NCBI RefSeq assembly: GCF_000009605.1
Contig: NC_002528.1
Coordinates: forward strand, 60,001 to 92,000
Direction: 5' to 3'
Origin: Buchnera aphidicola str. APS (Acyrthosiphon pisum)
GTDB lineage: Bacteria; Pseudomonadota; Gammaproteobacteria; Enterobacterales; Enterobacteriaceae
DNA length: 32,000 nucleotides
The notes beneath the pieces were generated by a model. That model worked only from the letters and a program-made list of their open reading frames with translations. It was not told where the DNA came from and searched no databases. A program made the position numbers and the translations under genes. How positions within the stretch are numbered: the first letter of the stretch is position 1; each line of letters starts with the position of its first letter. Below are positions 24,745-32,000 of this stretch, piece by piece.

Positions 24745-25884
24745 ATGAAAAATAATTTGTTTTTTCAATCAATATCAAATTCTCTTCATCCAATATTTAA
24801 CAGTGAAAAATTTTTACAAATAATGAGTTCATTGTCTGAAATAATATTGCTAATATTAATTTTTAGTTGGATCTTAAAAAAGATTTCTTCTTTTAAAATT
24901 AACAAGATAATATCTCGTATGAAAATTATAGAAAGATTGTCTGTTGGATCTCAAGAATCTATTATTCTTGTAGAAGTTAAACAATTAAGATTATTATTAG
25001 GTGTGACAAAAAAAAATATTAGTCATTTGCATACGTTTCCGTCTAATTCAAAAGATGAACTAATTAAAGAAACAAATGATACTTTGTTGCAAAAAAATCT
25101 TTTTGATCGTTCTTTGAAAAATTTTTCTAAAACATCCTGGAAAAAAACAATGTTTTATAGAATTATTCCATTTGTATTTTTATTGTCACTTTGCCCTTCC
25201 GCGCATGCAGATATGCCTGGTTTAACAAGTCATATTTTAGATGATGGCAGTCAAACTTGGTCTGTACCAGTGCAAACATTAGTTTTTTTGACATCTCTGA
25301 CTTTTCTTCCAGCATTTCTTTTGATGATGACCAGCTTTACAAGGATCGTGATTGTTTTTGGTCTATTACGAAATGCATTGGGAACTCCATATGCACCACC
25401 AAATCAAATATTACTTGGTTTAGCTCTTTTTTTAACTTTTTTCATAATGTCTCCTACATTTGAAAAAATCTATAAAGATGCTTATGTACCATTTAGTCAA
25501 GAAAAAATGAATATGGAAGACGCTATTTTAAAAGGTTCAATGCCATTAAAGAAATTCATGTTAAATCAAATACGTACACCTGATTTAGAATTGTTTTCAA
25601 AATTAGCCCATATTTCTTCTTATAAAAATAAAAATGATATACCAATGCGAATTTTATTGCCTTCATTTATTACAAGTGAATTAAAAACAGCTTTTCAAAT
25701 TGGATTTACTATTTTTATACCTTTTTTAATTATTGATTTGGTTGTAGCTAGTGTATTAATGGCTCTTGGTATGATGATGGTACCACCTTCAACAATTTCC
25801 TTGCCTTTTAAATTAATGTTGTTTGTTCTAGTAGACGGATGGCAACTATTAATTACTTCATTAGCACATAGTTTTAATACATAA
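24745..25884 (+). CDS. fliP: FliO-FliP fusion ORF (flagellar export gate)
   Basis: 379 aa. Residues ~25-110 are FliO-like ([38 protein letters not shown]). From Met136: [90 protein letters not shown]... is FliP. Confidence 0.93.
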   Translation: MKNNLFFQSISNSLHPIFNSEKFLQIMSSLSEIILLILIFSWILKKISSFKINKIISRMKIIERLSVGSQESIILVEVKQLRLLLGVTKKNISHLHTFPSNSKDELIKETNDTLLQKNLFDRSLKNFSKTSWKKTMFYRIIPFVFLLSLCPSAHADMPGLTSHILDDGSQTWSVPVQTLVFLTSLTFLPAFLLMMTSFTRIVIVFGLLRNALGTPYAPPNQILLGLALFLTFFIMSPTFEKIYKDAYVPFSQEKMNMEDAILKGSMPLKKFMLNQIRTPDLELFSKLAHISSYKNKNDIPMRILLPSFITSELKTAFQIGFTIFIPFLIIDLVVASVLMALGMMMVPPSTISLPFKLMLFVLVDGWQLLITSLAHSFNT

Positions 25885-25955
25885 TATTTTTATAAAATAT
25901 TTTTTGTTTATTACAAATAATTTTAAATCAACTTTAAAAATGGAGATGTTTATTT

Positions 25956-26225
25956 ATGACATCCGAATATGTAATGGAATTATTTTATAATGCTATGAAA
26001 GTTGCCTTGATTATTGCATCACCATTATTATTGGCAGCTTTAATTAGTGGTTTAATTATCAGTATATTACAAGCAGCTACACAAGTGAATGAACAAACTT
26101 TATCTTTTATACCTAAAATTATTTCTGTTTTAGGCGTAATATCAATACTTGGACCTTGGATGTTAGGTGTTATGCTGGATTATATGCATAATTTATTTAA
26201 TAACATAATATTGATTATCAAATAA
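25956..26225 (+). CDS. fliQ: Flagellar export protein FliQ
   Basis: 89 aa MTSEYVMELFYNAMKVALIIASPLLLAALISGLIISILQAATQVNEQTLSFIPKI. Confidence 0.96.
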   Translation: MTSEYVMELFYNAMKVALIIASPLLLAALISGLIISILQAATQVNEQTLSFIPKIISVLGVISILGPWMLGVMLDYMHNLFNNIILIIK

Positions 26226-27001
26226 TGTTAACATTTAACAGTTTACAATTGATAACTTTAATTAGTAATTTTTTTTGGCCTATGATAAGAGTTTTATCTT
26301 TTTTTTCTGTTGCACCTATTTTTAAGGAAAAACTGATAAATAGGAAGAGCAAAATTCTTTTGTCTGGTATGATTAGTTGGTTAGTATGGCCCTTTTTGCC
26401 TGAAGTTCATACAGTATTATTTTCATACTTTGGATTTTTATTGATTTTACAACAAATATTAATTGGTATTGTTTTGGGTTTTACTGCACAATTATTGTTT
26501 GCTACAATAAATTTATCCGGTGAAATAATAGGCTTACAAATGGGTCTATCATTTGCAACCTTTTTTAATAATAATAGTCAAATTGGCACCTCTATAATAT
26601 CTCGTTTTTTGAATATTTTAGCTTTGTTTGTATTTATAACTCTTAATATGCATCTTTATTTAATTTCGATAGTAATTGATAGTTTTTATAGTATGCCTAT
26701 TGATGGTTATTTTTTAAATGTAAATATTTTTTTTATTTTATTAAAATTTTCTAGTTCTATTTTTTTAAACGGTCTTTTATTAGTTTTACCAATTATGATT
26801 ATTTTATTATCTATTAGTTTTGTAATGAGCTTATTAAATCGTTTATCTCCTCAGATATCTATTTTTTCCATTGGTTTTCCTTTAAATTTAATATTAGGGA
26901 TGTTAATGTTATATTTTTTAATACCTGTTATGCTGCCTTTTTTAAAAAAAATTTTAGATGATTTGATATTTTTTATGAATAATAATCTTTTACATATATA
27001 G
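26225..27001 (+). CDS. fliR: Flagellar export protein FliR
   Basis: 258 aa multi-span protein with GLQMGLSFATFFNNNSQIGTSIISRFLNILALFVFI; 1-nt taATG overlap with fliQ. Confidence 0.95.
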   Translation: MLTFNSLQLITLISNFFWPMIRVLSFFSVAPIFKEKLINRKSKILLSGMISWLVWPFLPEVHTVLFSYFGFLLILQQILIGIVLGFTAQLLFATINLSGEIIGLQMGLSFATFFNNNSQIGTSIISRFLNILALFVFITLNMHLYLISIVIDSFYSMPIDGYFLNVNIFFILLKFSSSIFLNGLLLVLPIMIILLSISFVMSLLNRLSPQISIFSIGFPLNLILGMLMLYFLIPVMLPFLKKILDDLIFFMNNNLLHI

Positions 27002-27090
27002 TTTTAATTTTTTCTATATAATTTAAAAATATACTTGTTTCATATGAATGTATATCTTATGAATTTTAATATTTAAAAAATTTCTACAAA

Positions 27091-27123
27091 TAAAGTATAA
27101 TTTTTTAAAAAAATTATACTTTA
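27091..27123. terminator. Perfect 16-bp inverted repeat, likely bidirectional terminator between convergent fliR and rpmG
   Basis: taaagtataatttttt / a / aaaaaattatacttta (arms 27091-27106 and 27108-27123). Confidence 0.75.
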
Positions 27124-27153
27124 ATTTTTAGTGTAAAAAAATAGATTATTTTT

Positions 27154-27321
27154 TTATTTAATTTTTCCTTCATTATATAAGATGTGTTTACGAATTACAG
27201 GATCATATTTTTTTAATTTTAATTTATCTGGTGTGTTTCTTTTATTTTTAGTCGTGGTGTAATAGTGTCCAGTTCCTGCAGAAGATATCATTTTTATTTT
27301 TTCACGAGATTTTTTAGCCAT
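27154..27321 (-). CDS. rpmG: 50S ribosomal protein L33
   Basis: Reverse-strand translation [55 protein letters not shown] (55 aa); missed by the ORF track because of length. Confidence 0.97.
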   Translation of the reverse strand: MAKKSREKIKMISSAGTGHYYTTTKNKRNTPDKLKLKKYDPVIRKHILYNEGKIK

Positions 27322-27331
27322 TGATTCACCT

Positions 27332-27559
27332 TTATTTTTTCATATTTATTTTTCTTATTACTGTTTCAATTCCTTTTTTATCAATATAACGCATACCATT
27401 GGTCGAAACATGTAACTTAATAAATCTTTTTTCATCAGCAATCCAAAATCGATGGTATTGAATGTTTATTAAAAATTTTCTTTTGGTGGCATTTAAAGCG
27501 TGAGAACGATTATTGCCAATCATTCTTTTTTTACCTGTGATCTGACATATACGTGACAT
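27332..27559 (-). CDS. rpmB: 50S ribosomal protein L28
   Basis: [39 protein letters not shown]...; the track ORF starts 5 codons upstream (27574), but MSRICQ is the conserved L28 N-terminus. Confidence 0.96.
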   Translation of the reverse strand: MSRICQITGKKRMIGNNRSHALNATKRKFLINIQYHRFWIADEKRFIKLHVSTNGMRYIDKKGIETVIRKINMKK

Positions 27560-27904
27560 GAGGTGTTCTCTCAAATTAATATTTGATATTATTTTAAATT
27601 AAAAAACATTATAATTTTTACTTTTTATAAAGTAGAGAACAATATTTTAACATATTATAAAAAACTATAATAGTTGTTTAATTTTTCACGTGTTTTATGA
27701 AGTGAATATAATATGTTATAAAATTAAAATGAGTTCTAATATAATAGAAATATATTATAAAAACATGCAAAAAAATAGTTTTCAAGTAGAAAAATATCGT
27801 CTTTTTTTTATTTTTAATATAAAATATATGATGTTAACTATTAGTTAATTTATTATAAATTAATTTTTATATTTATAATTTAATACTAAATCAGGACAAT
27901 TTTT

Positions 27905-30817
27905 ATGAGTATATATCGGAGATATATATCTAAATCTGTAATTTTTTTTTCTGTTTTCTTTGTTATATTTTTTTTATTTATAGAAAGCAGTGTTGGTTTT
28001 AAATATATTTTTAATTTTACGAATCGTATTTTTATAGGATTGAAAGCAGAAGAAATATCAGGAAATTGGCGTGATTTTACATTAAAAAATATTAAATATG
28101 ATGTTTTTGGAATCTCCATAACAGCTAATAGTTTACATATAGTATTAGACACTAGATCTTTATTTAAAATGTCAACAATTTTCAAAAAGATTGAGACAAA
28201 AAATGTAATACTTTCATTAAAAAAAAATACCGCTTCTAATTTTTCACAAAACAGCCTACCCTCTAAGATTTCAAAAAACATTTTTTTTATAAAATATCCG
28301 ATTATTTTAAAAAAAATACATGCAGATAAAATTCTTTTTACATCACCTAAAGTACGTGTATCTTTTTTAGATGTTTTAAGTGGCATAAAATTGGTTAGAA
28401 ATAATATTATTTTTTCACCTACTTATATAAATACTATTCATGTATCGTCTGCAAAATTTAATTTTGAAAAAAAAAATATTTTAAATAAATCAACTATTAT
28501 TAAAAATTTTAATAAAATTAAAAAAATATATAGTTTTTCGTATTTTTCTTCAAATCAAACAAAAAAAAATTTTCCATTAAATATTTATTTGAAGTCTTTA
28601 AAATGCAATAAAACACAATTTATAGATTATGAATATAAGAATCTATTGCAAGTAGAGTTACAAGCTAATATAGAAAATAATATTTTACAAATAAATAAAA
28701 TGAAAGTAGATTCTTCCTTTTTAAAGATGAATTCTTATGGAAAAGTTATTTTTAATAATGATTATTCTATTTCATGTGTGATGAATAGTAAAACAGTAAT
28801 ACCAAGCTTGTATAATAAAAGTATAAATTTTCAACTTAAAGCCAATTTTAACGTAGATCATCAATTAATATTTAAATTAATCTCTAAAGATTTATATAAT
28901 ATGAAAATTAATGGTTTAGTATTTTTAAATTTTTCAGATTATCCATTTTTTATAAAATTACAGAGTCGTAATTTATCTTGTGTAATTAAAAAAAATTATA
29001 TATTTAAATTAAAAAGTTTTGATGGTGTTTTAAAAGGATATATTAATAATTATTTTTTTTCTTTAAAAAATATTTTTACTTTACAAGATTTGCCTCCAAT
29101 TTTCATTGATATTCAAGGGAGAGGTGATTTAAATAATATTTTTTTAAAAAAAATTAATTTTTTTCCGATCAAACAAAAAAAATTTTATAAAAAAGTAATT
29201 CATCCAGAAGATTATATAAAATACAATCAATATATATTAAAATTAATAGGACAAATTAACATCACAGGAAAATCTGATAGACATACACATTATGTACATA
29301 TCCCTAAAATAGATTTATATGCTAATATAATGAAAAAAAAATTATCTATATTAGGCGCTTTATATTATAAAAATTTTAATTTTATAGAAACTCCTGGGAT
29401 AAATTTACTTTTAGGAAAAAATAAACTGTATTTAAGAGGTTCATTAGGAAAAAAATATAATATTTATTCATCTATTTATGCGAATAATTTAGATTATTTT
29501 TTTCCTAAATTACAAGGTAGAATGCAAGCTAAAGTGAATTTTCTAGGAAATAATAAATTTCCTATTATATCTAGCAAAATTTTAGCTCGAGACTTAAATT
29601 GGAACAACATATATTTTAAGAATATTAAAGTACTTACGGGAATAAATATTAATAATACATTTTCAGGAAAAATGTTAATATATGCAAATAAAATTCATTT
29701 TTATAAATTTTATATTAATACTTTACATATTCAAACTTATTCGAATAATCATAAACAAAATTTTTCTTTTTTATTAAAAAGTAATCGATTACATATAAAT
29801 TTAATAATAAATGGAGCTTTTAATAATAAGACAGGACATTGGCATGGTTTTTTTAAAAAAATAAATATTCGTACTTTTTGGGGGCAAGTTACTGCAAAAA
29901 AAAATAATTTTATTCATTATTATGATTCTCATAACAGTATCACTAATTTTTATCAAAAAAGTATCAAAAAAAGGAATTGTTTTTCATCTTTTTTATACAA
30001 TGTAAAGATGTCTTTTTTTAATTTATTTAATAGATCCTTCATTAGTTTTGAAAGTAAATTATCTATTAATGCAAAATTAAAATTAATATTAGGAAAAATG
30101 ATTTCTGATGGTGCAATTTTTTTAAAAGGCAATAATACGAAATTAGAAAAAAAAATTAATAAAAAAATTTTTATTCAAAATATAGATTTTTTTAAAATAT
30201 CTATGAATTTAATAAAAAATGATTTTAAAAGTAAATGGATAATAAAAAAAAATAAAAAATTATCGAATAATAAAAATATTTTTGGGTATTTAAACATTAT
30301 AGACATTTACAACAAAAAAAACATAAAAGGTGAATTTATCTTTTATAAATTTCCTTTTTCTTTTATAAATTTTTTTACTACAAATTTTAAAGAAGTTAGT
30401 GGTAAGTTTCAAAGTAAAATAAAATTATTTGGAACTTTATATCAGCCTAAAGTTTTGGCCGATGTACATTTTAAAAATATTTTTATTAGAAGTAACAACA
30501 TATTAAAGTATATAACTTTATTTTTTCCTTATTTTTTAGGAAAAGTAGATAATATAAAGATTAATCAAGAAATAATGATGAATAAAGGAAATATATTATT
30601 TACATTAAAACCATTTTTCAAAAATAACTCTGCTGATATAGAATGGAATATTGCATTTAATAGCAAAAAAATATCAGTATTAATTTTTCCAAAAATAAAG
30701 GTAAAATTTTCTTCGAAATTAAATTTGCATTATTTATTTTCAAAATATGACTTAATTGGATATATAAAATTTTCCTTATTTTACTTTCAAATTAACGAAA
30801 AAAATTTTATTTTTTAA
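27905..30817 (+). CDS. tamB: TamB-like (YtfN) inner-membrane/periplasmic protein, C-terminally short
   Basis: 970 aa with N-terminal TM segment and repetitive beta-rich AsmA/TamB-like sequence (LHIDLY.. type repeats; GTLYQPKVLADVHFKNIFI; KVKFSSKLNLHYLFSKYDLIGYIKF). Adjacent to convergent ppa as in enterics. Confidence 0.82.
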   Translation: MSIYRRYISKSVIFFSVFFVIFFLFIESSVGFKYIFNFTNRIFIGLKAEEISGNWRDFTLKNIKYDVFGISITANSLHIVLDTRSLFKMSTIFKKIETKNVILSLKKNTASNFSQNSLPSKISKNIFFIKYPIILKKIHADKILFTSPKVRVSFLDVLSGIKLVRNNIIFSPTYINTIHVSSAKFNFEKKNILNKSTIIKNFNKIKKIYSFSYFSSNQTKKNFPLNIYLKSLKCNKTQFIDYEYKNLLQVELQANIENNILQINKMKVDSSFLKMNSYGKVIFNNDYSISCVMNSKTVIPSLYNKSINFQLKANFNVDHQLIFKLISKDLYNMKINGLVFLNFSDYPFFIKLQSRNLSCVIKKNYIFKLKSFDGVLKGYINNYFFSLKNIFTLQDLPPIFIDIQGRGDLNNIFLKKINFFPIKQKKFYKKVIHPEDYIKYNQYILKLIGQINITGKSDRHTHYVHIPKIDLYANIMKKKLSILGALYYKNFNFIETPGINLLLGKNKLYLRGSLGKKYNIYSSIYANNLDYFFPKLQGRMQAKVNFLGNNKFPIISSKILARDLNWNNIYFKNIKVLTGININNTFSGKMLIYANKIHFYKFYINTLHIQTYSNNHKQNFSFLLKSNRLHINLIINGAFNNKTGHWHGFFKKINIRTFWGQVTAKKNNFIHYYDSHNSITNFYQKSIKKRNCFSSFLYNVKMSFFNLFNRSFISFESKLSINAKLKLILGKMISDGAIFLKGNNTKLEKKINKKIFIQNIDFFKISMNLIKNDFKSKWIIKKNKKLSNNKNIFGYLNIIDIYNKKNIKGEFIFYKFPFSFINFFTTNFKEVSGKFQSKIKLFGTLYQPKVLADVHFKNIFIRSNNILKYITLFFPYFLGKVDNIKINQEIMMNKGNILFTLKPFFKNNSADIEWNIAFNSKKISVLIFPKIKVKFSSKLNLHYLFSKYDLIGYIKFSLFYFQINEKNFIF

Positions 30818-30832
30818 TGTTATCAAAAAATA

Positions 30833-31381
30833 TCACTTATTTAAAAAGATACTATTTTTTTTAGCACGGTTATATGCATCATTAATTTCTAATTTTGCAT
30901 CTTGACAGTTTCCCCATCCAATAATTTCCACCCATTTTTCTTTTTCTAATGTTTTATAATTCTGAAAAAAATGAGTAATTTGCTTTTTTAACAATTCTGA
31001 TATATCTGATATATCATTTATGTTTTTATATTCTTGGCAAATTTTACTTTTGGGTACTGCTATTATTTTAGCATCATCACCTGATTCATCTTGCATATTT
31101 AATATCCCAATAGGTTTACAATGAATGACACAGCTAGACTTTATTGGGTAATGAGAAGGTACTAAAACATCTAAGGGATCACCATCTAAAGATAAAGTAT
31201 GATTAATATAACCATAGTTACAGGGATAGAACATTGGAGTAGGTATAAAACGATCGACAAAAAGCATTCCTGATTTTTTATCTACCTCATATTTAATAGG
31301 GGATGAATTTGATGAAATTTCTATAATAACATATATATCATTTGGTATATCATCACCAGCAACAATTTTATTTAAATTCAT
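30833..31381 (-). CDS. ppa: Inorganic pyrophosphatase
   Basis: 182 aa; YEVDKKSGMLFVDRFI, FYPCNYGYINHTLSLDGDPLDVLV. Confidence 0.97.
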   Translation of the reverse strand: MNLNKIVAGDDIPNDIYVIIEISSNSSPIKYEVDKKSGMLFVDRFIPTPMFYPCNYGYINHTLSLDGDPLDVLVPSHYPIKSSCVIHCKPIGILNMQDESGDDAKIIAVPKSKICQEYKNINDISDISELLKKQITHFFQNYKTLEKEKWVEIIGWGNCQDAKLEINDAYNRAKKNSIFLNK

Positions 31382-31574
31382 TTTTTTTCCTTATTAATAC
31401 TTTGTGATTATTTTATATAATTTTAAGATAAGTAGATGAGTTTATAGTTTTAAATAAATTTTAACATCGAAGAATAATTATATCTACGTTTTGTACAAAG
31501 TAATGTGTTTTAATTTTGAATGTTTTTTAATATAATATTTATATACAAAAAACATGTTGTAAGGATTTATATAT

Positions 31575-32000
31575 ATGCAATTAATTAAAGAAATAGAAAA
31601 CGAAGAATTACATCTTGTGAATACAGTAAAAAACACTCTTAAACTATCTAAAAATATTAATGCCTCTGTAGAAGTATTTATAAAAAAAACAATAGGTATT
31701 AGTGTTAATGTAAGAAATAATGTTGTTGAAAATGTAGAGTTTAATAGCGATGGTGGATTGTTTATAACAGTATATAATAAGTTCTCTAAAGGTAGTGTTT
31801 CATCTAAAGATTTTAGTATTAAGAACATTAAAAATATGTTAGACATAGCTATTAATATTTCAAAATATTCTTCTTCTGATTTTTTCTCAGGTTTGCCGGA
31901 CATAAAATTTTTATGCTTTCATTCTATGGAACTTGATTTGTTTCATCCGTGGGAATTTAACATAGAAAATGCCATTAAGATGTCTATATTATCAGAAAAA
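31575..32000 (+). CDS. pmbA: Metalloprotease PmbA/TldE, N-terminal part (continues past window)
   Basis: ATG 31575 frame open to the edge: ...[51 protein letters not shown]...[20 protein letters not shown]. Confidence 0.93.
   Translation, partial: MQLIKEIENEELHLVNTVKNTLKLSKNINASVEVFIKKTIGISVNVRNNVVENVEFNSDGGLFITVYNKFSKGSVSSKDFSIKNIKNMLDIAINISKYSSSDFFSGLPDIKFLCFHSMELDLFHPWEFNIENAIKMSILSEK

Noticed and set aside
25257-25463. 68-aa minus-strand ORF antisense to fliP
   Set aside because: Inside the highly conserved fliP region.
27886-28386. 166-aa minus-strand ORF antisense to the start of tamB
   Set aside because: Long but explained by an AT-rich shadow frame. tamB on the other strand has a 970-codon frame with an N-terminal TM segment; no start-site or domain support for the antisense ORF.
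31484-31903. 139-aa minus-strand ORF near the right edge
   Set aside because: Antisense to pmbA, whose plus-strand product matches PmbA/TldE clearly.

Overview
This 32-kb, very AT-rich, gene-dense window is chromosomal DNA of a reduced gammaproteobacterial endosymbiont, almost certainly Buchnera aphidicola. That call rests on gene content, order and protein character; no database was searched. Left to right: rpoD(partial)-dnaG-rpsU / tsaD / ribB / hldE(kinase only) / cca / uppP / crr-ptsI-ptsH-cysK / ligA / tRNA-Lys-tRNA-Val / gltX / tRNA-Ala(GGC) / fliE / fliFGHIJ-(fliK interrupted)-fliM-fliN-(fliO::fliP)-fliQ-fliR / rpmG-rpmB / tamB / ppa / pmbA(partial). I see no mobile elements, CRISPR arrays, phage, toxin/defense loci or uncharacterised gene cassettes, so I do not claim a new biological system. 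The most interesting signals are in the flagellar basal-body cluster. fliK carries one in-frame TAA in an otherwise continuous 379-codon frame, just after an A14 tract. fliO and fliP are one ORF that keeps an internal Met plus signal peptide. FliG appears to have lost its torque residues, FliM lacks the N-terminal CheY-binding region, and fliL is absent. This pattern suits an export apparatus decoupled from rotation and switching. Other points are domain-level truncations (HldE, TamB), a duplicated AT-rich/TTGACA block upstream of tRNA-Ala, and several well-formed intergenic inverted repeats.
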